A stretch of DNA of 64,000 nucleotides from Selaginella moellendorffii. Lineage: Eukaryota > Plantae > Lycopodiophyta. The first letter of the stretch is position 1; the number at the start of each line of letters is the position of its first letter. The position numbers and the translations under genes were made by a program. Positions 54,743 to 64,000 of the stretch are shown here, piece by piece. The stretch is from positions 224,575-288,574 of the forward strand of contig NW_003314354.1 in the NCBI RefSeq assembly GCF_000143415.4. Direction: 5' to 3'. The notes below the pieces were generated by a model, which saw only the letters and a program-made list of their open reading frames with translations, was not told where the DNA came from and made no database searches.

Positions 54743-55111
54743 GATCATAGAACCCTAATCTACCTGGATTCACGCGCATTTCTTGAATTTCTTGCATCCC
54801 TCGTGTGATCAATCTACAAAAAGATAAATGGACCTTGTAAACATGCTGATGAACCGCCAAAAGGAGTACCATAGCCCACACCCTTATCAACATTCCCAAA
54901 AAGAAAACTGCATGGATCGAGCCTCGGATGCCACAGCAAACGTGTGTGGACTATTCTCTGTTAAGACTTGTAAGTCTTTTACCTCTTTTTACCTCTCCTT
55001 GATGGATGCCATTCTGACACTCTGCATTATGCTTATGGCATCCTTAAGCTATTGCTTAATATTCAAAATTTGATTATGAAAGAAGATTATATTTTCGAAT
55101 ATCTAACATTT

Positions 55112-55502
55112 NNNNNNNNNNNNNNNNNNNNNNNNNNNNNNNNNNNNNNNNNNNNNNNNNNNNNNNNNNNNNNNNNNNNNNNNNNNNNNNNNNNNNNNNN
55201 NNNNNNNNNNNNNNNNNNNNNNNNNNNNNNNNNNNNNNNNNNNNNNNNNNNNNNNNNNNNNNNNNNNNNNNNNNNNNNNNNNNNNNNNNNNNNNNNNNNN
55301 NNNNNNNNNNNNNNNNNNNNNNNNNNNNNNNNNNNNNNNNNNNNNNNNNNNNNNNNNNNNNNNNNNNNNNNNNNNNNNNNNNNNNNNNNNNNNNNNNNNN
55401 NNNNNNNNNNNNNNNNNNNNNNNNNNNNNNNNNNNNNNNNNNNNNNNNNNNNNNNNNNNNNNNNNNNNNNNNNNNNNNNNNNNNNNNNNNNNNNNNNNNN
55501 NN
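55112..55502. other. Assembly gap (run of N)
   Basis: Ns from 55112 to 55502. Confidence 1.
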
Positions 55503-55854
55503 TGAGGAAAAGGGGCACGGACACCACCATCAGCAGCCAGTCTATGGCTATCCCCAGCAAGGTAAGCTCTCCCCAAGGATCAATCTCTCTTTGGTCTCTT
55601 CTAGTTCTTCTAGATTGAATTAAGTTCTATTCTCCACAGGTTACTATCCACCGCCACAAAACTACAAGCAAAAGAAGCGGTCAGGGGGGTTTCTCAGAGG
55701 CTGGTGAGTGGTAGTTTCTATCTTAATAGCTTGTAATTTTTGCTGAGTTTTCTCATGGTGAGTTTTTCCTTACAGCTTGGCTGCGCTTTGTTGCTGCTGC
55801 CTGCTTGATCAATGCTGCTGCTGCTGCGATCCAACCATACTTTGTGGCTGCTAA
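55503..55854 (+). CDS. CYSTM cysteine-rich tail-anchored protein (5' end lost in the gap)
   Basis: Spliced QQPVYGYPQQ|GYYPPPQ...GGFLRG|CLAALCCCCLLDQCCCCCDPTILCGC*. Confidence 0.85.
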
Positions 55855-56167
55855 AGAAAATTCATATTTTTATTCATCGGGGATGTAGATATTTCGTTAG
55901 TAGACAGCATGTAACTCTTATCCGAAGATTGAAATCTGCTCAATTTAATTTATTTTTTTCAAGTAGAGCTACATGGTTTAGCAACTTATTCTCGCATGGG
56001 GTGTAGAATTTAGTATACCTTGAATTGACCATGGTAATCTTGACACCCAGATTTTTATAGAAATCTGGGATCATTTGGATCAAGGGATGGATGAATTTAG
56101 TCAACTGGCCCGAGAAAATGTCATAGATAAAAGCATCAATCCATTGATTCGTCAATTCTTCTAAGAA

Positions 56168-56720
56168 ATGGCAGTGTTCTTGTCAGCTGTGATTCTCCTC
56201 TCTTTGTGTTCGTTGTCAGCTAATGCTAATCTTCTCATAAAAGTATGGTTCCACCACAGTCGAGGAGAACAGCTTCCTCCCCTTGCACATCACTGACAGG
56301 GCTCCCACTATTGACATCCAAGGATATGACGACCGCCGCGGCATCAACATCACACATCCTTCATACTTTTCAGTGGTGATGTTCACCTGGTTGGACATGA
56401 TTGGATTCCAATTCTTTGAGTCCTATATCACCTACTGGGTTGCAAACATTCCAGCAGGCAGCTTTGGTAAGCAAGCTTGACCACATTTGATTTTGTAAAA
56501 GAGTTTTTGGGTGGATTGGACTCTCTGATTGTGATGGATTTGTCTTTGCAGGACCTGGGAAGGGCAACGTTGTCTTGCCTTAGATGTCTCCTCTAGCCAC
56601 CAACAAGTTTTTGCAATTCAGTGAACAGAACAACTCGTACTCTTTTGCGCTTGTTCCACAGGGAAGTAACTTGGTGGGGCAGATCGTGGACAACCGCATA
56701 AACCAAAGACGCTCCAGCAT
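56168..56720 (+). pseudogene. Secreted PEBP-like gene with a frameshift and a premature stop
   Basis: Signal peptide MAVFLSAVILLSLCSLSANA. After a 1-nt shift: YGSTTVEENSFLPLHITDRAPTIDIQG...YFSVVMF...ITYWVANIPAGS|GNVVLP*MSP...SYSFALVPQ, in PEBP motif order. Confidence 0.55.
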
Positions 56721-57006
56721 TACAACTGCACTGGAGAGTTTATTGAGATCATCGACTTCACCACCTCCACATCTCAAAACTAAATTGTTGTTAATTCATT
56801 TGATTATTAATAATGTTTTCAACTTCAAAAAATCACACACACTAGGGACCCATTAGATCGACAAGTTTCTTGAGAGGTCGGCCCAGTGATTCCACCTCTC
56901 CATTCAATCTAAAGATGATTTCCTCGTCTTGATGATATGAAGAAGGGCGCCTTGTTTGCCACCGGTCACAATGGTGAACTTGATTACTAACAAAAATAAA
57001 AAACGG

Positions 57007-58302
57007 CTATCTCAACCACTTTGCATACTCCCACAACTTCGCGTAAGGAAGATACTGGTCTTCGTCTGAATCACTGTCCTTTTTGGTGTTGTAAGCTTGT
57101 CTTGATCCCATGAGAACAAAGCTGACAACCTGTGCCGCAGTACAAAGTTTAGGAAAAACCATGAAAAGGCAGACGAGGGCGGATCAAACCTGTTCTAGCA
57201 ACAGTGGCCTCAGCTTGTGCTCCTGGAAGTTTTTCTTGCTGCACTGGTTGGCAAATGTTTGCAAGCAAAGCTCCGATGACCAAAACGTTGCCTTGCAAGT
57301 CAAGCACTGGGCCCTTGTGAAGAGATACAAAAGCTTTGGCGAACCTGGAAAGCAAAAATATATAATAGTTAGACACAAGAAAAGCACTAAACGAAACAAC
57401 TCACGGAGAACTGCGATCTCGAAAGCCTTCTTCCAGCAGCCTATTTTTTGGATCGAAACATCCTTGACTCTCAGAGGAGTACTGGAATCATCATCACCCA
57501 GCTCAAAACCAGCGAGCTGCAAAACTCTAGTAGGATCAAAACTCGTGTTCTCAAGAACAACCGTGAAAAGCTTCTGCCAGAGGTTTGCGTCTTTGTACTC
57601 TGAATTCCAAGACCTTCACAAAACAAGATGAAACCTGTCACATTTGTTGGAGAAGAAATCGAGATTAAAATCAAAACCTGCATACGCAGCCAGCAGTAGC
57701 CAGTGATATGGGATCCAGGAAGCTGAAAACGTGAACAAGAACATCCACCGGAAGCTGGCAGGATTCTTCACGAGAAAAAAATAGAAAACATAGTCAGAAA
57801 GACGAAGAAGAACAGTCTTACAAAACCATACCGTCTAGCTCGCTTTGATTCTTGGAGCTCCTTTGCAAGGAAATGGCAGCCTTTCTAAACTCCCCAGCCG
57901 CCAAGCCCTTCTTGTGCTTCGGCAAGACGGAGTCAGAAGCTTGGAGCAAAGCACTGGCAGCGGAGAAATCACCAGCCGAGCACCATGGATGACTAGAGAA
58001 AAAAACACAAAGAACAAAGGAAAAAAAATGAGAGAAATCACGAAAGCTTTCAAAGAAGAGATTCTTACTCCTGGAGGATGCGAAACGCGGCGAGAAGATC
58101 CTGGAAGAGAGCCGCCTGGAGAGACTTGGGGGCAATTCCATAAGCCTGTTTGAGCAGCACGGCAAGCTCCTTGCAAGCTCGGGCATAGTCGCACCTAGAC
58201 AAGCAAATCGATGGAGTAAATCGAGAATGTAAGCTAGTGCTAGTCTTAGTACCTCCTGTTAAGAGCCTCTCCCAGCCTTAGAGAAGAATATCGCGCCTCC
58301 AT
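57007..58302 (-). CDS. F-box protein of the At5g52880 type
   Basis: RYSSLRLGEAL...ACKELAVLLKQAY..PKSLQAALFQDLLAAFR; LLQASDSVLPKHKKGLAAGEFRKA; central F-box LPVDVLVHVFSFLD; CWKKAF; acidic tail with KLW. Confidence 0.8.
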
Positions 58303-58416
58303 GGCCTGGCATGGCTTGCTAGAAATGGTCGCCCTACATCACTCTCTCGAATATGCGTTTAGGGGGTCCCGGGTTCGACATCTCTTTCACCCCGCTGGAA
58401 AGAAAGAGGCTCTTGT

Positions 58417-60183
58417 TTAATTCACACCGGCCAAGTCGATGAGCTTTTTCGAGTGTAAATTCGAGATGGATTCAGCGATGACACCAGCACTGCTTCTCAT
58501 GTATCCTCCTGGAACAAATTAAAAAGGAAAACGAATCACTGTTCTAGCAGGTGGAATGGAAGAAGATTAAAAGATGTTTACCAGACGTGAGCATGACAAT
58601 TGGGATGTTTCTCTGGCGAGCGAAGCTGAAAACAATCTCGTCACGCTCTTTCACTCCTTCCGGTGAAACCTGCAAGGACGAGACTGAGACAACGCTCGAG
58701 AAAGTTGAAGCAAACCTCCAATCGGCCGAGAGGATCTCCTTCCAATATGTCTGTGCCGGCGTTGTAGACCAAAAGATCTGGAGCAAAGGCTTGGAACGCC
58801 TCCTGCAACTTACGAAGTTGCTAAAAAGATGCTACAAAGAGAAAAACAAGTATACAAAAGAGAACCTCAAGCTCTTGCTTTAAACGCGTCAGGTAAGAGT
58901 CAGTCCGTGTTCCACTCTACGTGTAAGATAACACGCTTTGTTGAGAAACAATAAACAAAAACTGCTTACGGAAATTTCAACTCGCCGATCAATCCAGCGT
59001 TTTGCTTCATAATCCTGCAAAGCAGTGTACATGAACATGACGAAGAATCTTACAAGTTCATACCAGTGGATATATATCTCGATTATACATGTCAAAGATA
59101 AACACTCGATCTGCAAGGAGTTCGCGACGATTAAGTCAAGTGGCAAACAGGAAAAGGAGCTCTACAAGTGAAAAGTACCAGAAAGAGTTACCATCATCTG
59201 CAAAATCCCTTTCATGACCATTGCCTTGGTGAGCATCAAGATCGACAATCATCGCCCTGCAACCGTTTCATGAAAACGAAAGCTCTGAAAATATGATCTC
59301 TTAAAAGCACATACCGGCTGATATTGAGATTTGCGAAAGCGAAGTGAATGCAGAGTGTTATGTCTGCATACACACAAAAACCACCGCCTCTATAGCCACA
59401 ACAATGGTGAAATCCCCCTCCAACATTTATAGCCCATCCCCGTTCATAAGCAACTTTGCCTGCTAGAACAGACCCTCCCACCTTGAAAACAACGCAAAAG
59501 AACATAAACAAGGGAAACTACCTGTTTCCAAACTACCTGTTTCCGAAATGGGACTAAAACTTTAGAACGAATGATGCAATAAGGCAGCAAAGCCACAGGG
59601 GGAACCTGTTTGATCGAGCTCAAGAAAGAGATATAAACACAAAGATTGAATTTTTCTACCTCCAATATGGAGGCAGCAACATAACTCCGCTTTAAGCTCT
59701 CCAAATATTCCGGTGTGTGTACCTGAAAATGGAAAAAAGAAGGAAACCAAGAGAATTAATCTCCGCTTGAAGTTAAATAGTCGAGAACATACCACGAGAA
59801 GATCTTCTTTTGTAGCTTCTCCAGGCTCCATAATTCTACGTGACTCCAGCTCGCCTTTCTGGATCAGCAGCTCACACACTCTTCCCCACTTGGAAGAGTC
59901 AAATGGATGGCTGGGAGTTGAGAGACGCTCTTTAGATTCAATGCGAAAGAAAGAGCCAATCTATTTACAGTTTCTCCAATCCCAGGAACGCGATATTATA
60001 CACTGCGGAGTATACGACTGGAACCTAGGCCGGAAGAACAGAAAATTGGAATTGAAATTGGCAACGGCGGGCGCCTACCTTGCCAGGAGATGCATTGGAA
60101 TCGTAGAGCTTGCTCGCTTTGATCCTCGCCAAGCGCTGGGCGTCGTAAACAGCACCGCCACTGCTGCTAGCTTGCTTCGCCAT
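58417..60183 (-). CDS. HDA2: Class IV histone deacetylase (HDA2/HDAC11-like)
   Basis: HPFDSSKWGR, AINVGGGFHHC, GGGFCVYADI, IVDLDAHQGNGHE, YNAGTDILEGDPLG and IPIVMLTSGGY. Confidence 0.93.
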
Positions 60184-60276
60184 GCCACAAACCCTACATT
60201 TTCAGTCAAACAAGATGACACGTGTTTATCCATCTTTTACCCCTAATTGTTTATGTGACACGTCAGCCCGCGCCCT

Positions 60277-60323
60277 ATCCCATATGCCGTGGCACAGGCT
60301 TGGGGCCTGCCCACAGTATATAA
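60277..60323 (+). promoter_or_regulatory. snRNA promoter: USE-like element and TATA box
   Basis: atcccatatgc at about -73 (compare plant USE RTCCCACATCG) and tatataa at about -33 relative to the U2 start. Confidence 0.65.
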
Positions 60324-60349
60324 GGAGAGGGCTGGGCCATGAAATTTTT

Positions 60350-60545
60350 ATACCTTTCTCGGCCTTTTGGCTAAGATCAAGTGTAGTATCTGTTCTTATC
60401 AGTTTAATAGCTGATATGGGACCACGTGTCCCAACGCTATTAACCTAATTTTTTGTGGGAGGGGGGCCACCGGTAGCTTGCTGCCCGGCTTTCCACGTGT
60501 CGCTTTGGCCTTACACTACCGCCTTAGCCTGGCACAACCCCCCAA
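60350..60545 (+). ncRNA. U2: U2 spliceosomal snRNA
   Basis: ATACCTTTCTCGGCCTTTTGGCTAAGATCAAGTGTAGTATCTGTTCTTATCAG 5' end with the branch-point pairing GTAGTA, Sm site AATTTTTTG, and stems III and IV. Confidence 0.96.
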
Positions 60546-60690
60546 CCCCCCCAAATATTAAATCTAAGAAGTATTAAAATAAACGATATTAAAACTGATG
60601 CTAACTAAACTCCTTTAAATGTTTGAATGGTCCTGGGTTCAAAATAAAAAACATTAAAGCCTGGGGTTTTAGGGTTTGTAGTAAGGAAAG

Positions 60691-61847
60691 ATGGAGGAAG
60701 CGAAGATCATCCACCTGGTAAGACACGCAGAAGCCTTTCACAATGTCGATGGCGATGTGAGCCTCCATCGCCTCTTCTTCCGGGGCGAATGGCGCCATCT
60801 CTCTCCGCGCCTCCTCATTCGCGTGTTGCGGCCATTCTGGCGCCACTTCCAAGCGTGGCTGCTCTCCTTCTTCATTGGCAAGGCCTCTCTCAAGCATGCC
60901 CGCGCTCGCGACCAGAACTTCTTTGATCCCAAGCTCACTTCCAATGGCTGGGAACAGGTAAGAGCTCTCATTCTCTATCACTCGCGTTTTCTTCTCATAT
61001 CGCAATGCTCGAATCAGATTGGAAGGCTCCGCAAGATCGTGGGAGAGAGTGGGATTGATCGTCGCGTTCAGCTGGTTGTGGTTTCTCCCTTGACTCGGTG
61101 AGAGTTTTTTTTCTATTTCTTCTTCTTGTTCATCGTTCAGTTTTTGTAGAACTTTGCAAACGGCAGTCGGTGTGTTTGGAAGCGGAGAGATCGGCAGTCC
61201 GCCTTTTGTTGCACAGGAGCTGTGTAGAGAACGGATGGTATGTTTTTCTTCTCGTCCTTTTTTCTTCTTGATCTCGTCTCGTTTACGTGTTCTTTTTCTT
61301 TTTTGGTGCAATCCACTTAGAGCGTTCGATCGTCTGACAAGAGACGGGCCATTAGCAACTATGCGCCAATGTTTACAACAGTCGATTTTTCGCAGGTGTG
61401 TGTGTGTGTGTGTGTTTTTCATGAGATGCAAGGTGTGCAACATTCATTGTGTTTGTTCTCTTAGATCGAAGACGATGACGATAAAATGTGGAATCCAGAC
61501 ACTCCCGAGACAATGAAAGAGCTGCAAGAACGGATCACTCTTTTTCTGCAATGGTAAAGTAAAAAAAACAGAAGCTCTCCAGTTTTTTGTTTCCACAAGT
61601 ATTGAATGGTGGCTTTCTTAACGAACCAGGCTTTGGGATCGCAAAGAGACGGAGATCGCTGTGGTTTCGCACAGCAGCTTTTTGCGCAACATGCTCAAGC
61701 GCGCAAATCTATTGTAAGCCTTACAAACTTTCCATCTTCCATAATTTTTCTGAACTGGGAATGGATTTGTACAGGCTCCCGAACTGTCAACTCACGACAG
61801 TCCGACTGACAAGATCAGGATGCGATTTCAGATTTTCCGACGCTTGA
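60691..61847 (+). CDS. Phosphoglycerate mutase-like histidine phosphatase
   Basis: KIIHLVRHAEAFHNV, DPKLTSNGWEQ, VVVSPLTRTLQTAVGVFG, ELCRER and EIAVVSHSSFL. Confidence 0.88.
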
Positions 61848-61903
61848 ATCTGTGTCAGCCACCGCAAACGTTTTGATACAAGGTAATTTTCAATTCCAGG
61901 AGA

Positions 61904-64000
61904 TTACGCTTTCTTGTCAGCCTCGCCCAAGAGCGTGACAACTTGTCGAGCAACAGCGTTGAGAGGATCGAGCTCGAGGATTCTCTCAGCTGCCAGTCTC
62001 TCTCGATTCACATCACCGTGCCTGCGACACCATCCCAGCAAGCTCAGCCACATCGCACCTCGAAACTCCATCGCCATCTTGGAAATGATCCTCTCCGCTT
62101 CTCCCAGCTTTCCTTGTCGTCCCAAGATCTCTACCACGCCTCGAAGGTGCTCCACGCCAGGAACCAAGCCATGATCGCATCGCATCGATTCAATCCAGCG
62201 ATAAACTTCGGTCGCTTCCACGGAACAGTTTATAACGCTCGCAAAGGTGGTGGCGTTTGGCTTGCTACCATCCTGCTGCATCTCCCACAGAAATACAACA
62301 GTCTCTTCTCCACGGCCGTGCTGAGCGAACGCCGAAACAAGAGAATTCCAAGAAACCAAGCTCTTCACTGGAACTGCACGCAGGATCTGGCGAGCGGTTG
62401 CTAAGTTTCCGAGCTTTCCATACATGTCCCCCAGGGAGGTCTTGACGAACGCGTCCTCGAAGAGTCCACACTCTTCGCAAGCGCTGTGGACGAGATGGCC
62501 GAGCCGAGAAGTGGACTCCATGCGGCAGGCCGCAAGCACGGTGATGAAGCTCACTTTGTTTGGAGCGATCCCTTCGAGCAGCATCCGGCGAAACATTGTC
62601 ACCGCCGTGGCGTGCTGGCCGTGCTGGATGCAAGCTCCGATGAAGTTGTTCCACGAGACGACGAGAACTTTGGGATGATCTTCGAGCCGATGTTCTTGCT
62701 CGATGGACGTGAGCATCTTGTACGCGGTCACCAGGTTTCCACACCGTGCGTACATTGCTACCAGCGAGCTCGCCACCGCCGAGTCCGATTCCAGACCACT
62801 CTCCAGAACTTGAGAGTGGATCTTCTTGCCTTGGTCCGAGTTGAGAGCTCCGGCACAGGCACCGAGCATCGCAGCAAACGCAACTCCATCCGGCCTCACG
62901 CCCTCCACTCTCATCACCGGGAGGAACTTAAGAGCTTCTTCGTGCAAGCCCTTGTCCACCAACCCTGTGATGATCGACGTCCATGCCACAACGTTGTTAT
63001 GCTTGTGGAGGATCACTCTCTCCAAAGCTTGCTCCACGAATCCACTCCTGGCGAGCATGCTCACGAGTGCGTTTGAGACCTGAGCGTCCGATCCCCAGCC
63101 CGACTCCATAACCAAGCTTTCCACCATCGCTCTACACGGCTCGTCCTCACACGCAGCCAAGACTCTAGACAAAGTTACCGAGTTTGGCGACGCCGCGGCC
63201 TCCAGCAGCATCATCCGGAAGCTCTGCATGGCCTCGTAAAAGCAGCCATTGTCTACGTACGATCTGATCAACTCGTTCCACAGCACTACGTCACACGAAC
63301 TGTTCGTCCTGGTGATCGTGTCGTCGAAGATCTCTCCAGCTCGAGCTGGACATCCACACTTTGCGAACATATTCAGCATGGCGATGCCGAGAAGAGAGTC
63401 GTGTTGCAGCTGCAACTTCAACTCCGTGTTGATCCACTCCAGGATTTTCGTCCCCAGTGACAAGCACCGGCAAGCGTCCAGGAGTGAGGTCAGTGTAAAC
63501 TTATCCGCCGCAAATCCTTGGAGCTGCATCTTTCGGAAGAGCAGCACGGCGCTATCGGCACAGTCGTTCTGGACGCAGGCTGAGATGATAGAGTTCCACG
63601 ACAGAAGGTTTGGACGATCCAGCCGCTGGAAAACCTCGCTGGCTTTCTCCACTTCCCTGCTTCTCGAGTAGAAAGTTATCAAAGCATTGGACACGGCAGC
63701 ATCGGCGTCGAATCCACCCTCCTCGACGCAGCCACGGACGAGACTCGAGAACTTCTCCCCGCAAACGCAGCTAAGAACACCACCCGCGAAGGAATTCCCA
63801 TTCGGAGAAACTCCTTCCAGCAGCATCCGACAGAAAAACGCGATAGCTTCTTCACTGCAGCCGTTCTGAGCGTACGAAGCAACCACCGCATTCCAGGAGC
63901 TCAAGTCTCTCACCGCCATTGTTTCAAACACTTCCATCGCGCGCTCCACCTCGCCAAGCTTCCCGTAAGTTTTCACCAGCGCGTTTCCAATCGAGACATC
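61904..64000 (-). CDS. PLS-class PPR protein with E-like C-terminus (5' end outside the window)
   Basis: Repeated SWN(A/S)xxxA.AQ.G, P(N/D)xxTFxxxLxAC and NALxxMYxxxG motifs; E-like VEILGRQGKLGEAE...WLSLLGWCRRHGD...ILELDP. Confidence 0.93.
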   Translation of the reverse strand, partial: DVSIGNALVKTYGKLGEVERAMEVFETMAVRDLSSWNAVVASYAQNGCSEEAIAFFCRMLLEGVSPNGNSFAGGVLSCVCGEKFSSLVRGCVEEGGFDADAAVSNALITFYSRSREVEKASEVFQRLDRPNLLSWNSIISACVQNDCADSAVLLFRKMQLQGFAADKFTLTSLLDACRCLSLGTKILEWINTELKLQLQHDSLLGIAMLNMFAKCGCPARAGEIFDDTITRTNSSCDVVLWNELIRSYVDNGCFYEAMQSFRMMLLEAAASPNSVTLSRVLAACEDEPCRAMVESLVMESGWGSDAQVSNALVSMLARSGFVEQALERVILHKHNNVVAWTSIITGLVDKGLHEEALKFLPVMRVEGVRPDGVAFAAMLGACAGALNSDQGKKIHSQVLESGLESDSAVASSLVAMYARCGNLVTAYKMLTSIEQEHRLEDHPKVLVVSWNNFIGACIQHGQHATAVTMFRRMLLEGIAPNKVSFITVLAACRMESTSRLGHLVHSACEECGLFEDAFVKTSLGDMYGKLGNLATARQILRAVPVKSLVSWNSLVSAFAQHGRGEETVVFLWEMQQDGSKPNATTFASVINCSVEATEVYRWIESMRCDHGLVPGVEHLRGVVEILGRQGKLGEAERIISKMAMEFRGAMWLSLLGWCRRHGDVNRERLAAERILELDPLNAVARQVVTLLGEADKKA

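Noticed and set aside
55052-55618. ORFs spanning poly-X
   Set aside because: Artefacts of the N gap.
61396-61415. (GT)n microsatellite
   Set aside because: Ordinary intronic simple repeat starting at a splice donor.

Overview
Gene-dense eukaryotic plant DNA with very short GT-AG introns (mostly 45-90 nt). It contains a PLS-type PPR gene, a Pol IV/V subunit and a flagellar central-pair gene. This points to a seed-free land plant with a compact genome, most likely the lycophyte Selaginella (inference). Apparently intact genes: a divergent alanyl-tRNA synthetase, a divergent NRPD2/NRPE2, a 3-KH RNA-binding protein, an exostosin GT47, MTP7, a CFAP119/CLAMP-family protein, a pectin acetylesterase, an intronless non-RD CDK-like kinase, two F-box genes, a GH43, RRP36, RPL23A, a Raf-like kinase, a USP-kinase-U-box protein, a CYSTM protein, HDA2, a U2 snRNA, a PGM-like phosphatase and a PPR. 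The strongest unexplained structure lies between the genes. Many spacers are local duplicates of neighbouring genes that have been shortened by many small deletions, several with microhomology at the junction, and the surviving genes are split reciprocally between copies. At 7.5-28.6 kb this forms an inversion with duplicated breakpoints. Relics the ORF track does not show: a DEAD-box pseudogene with two inverted exons, a bacterial-type NADAR/YbiA exon, a trypsin-like relic, a SAM-like plus P-loop (Crinkler-like) relic split by a copia element, a secreted PEBP-like pseudogene, and a tandem repeat whose unit is a mini-exon plus intron. All calls come from reading motifs by eye. No searches were run, and splice boundaries are approximate.
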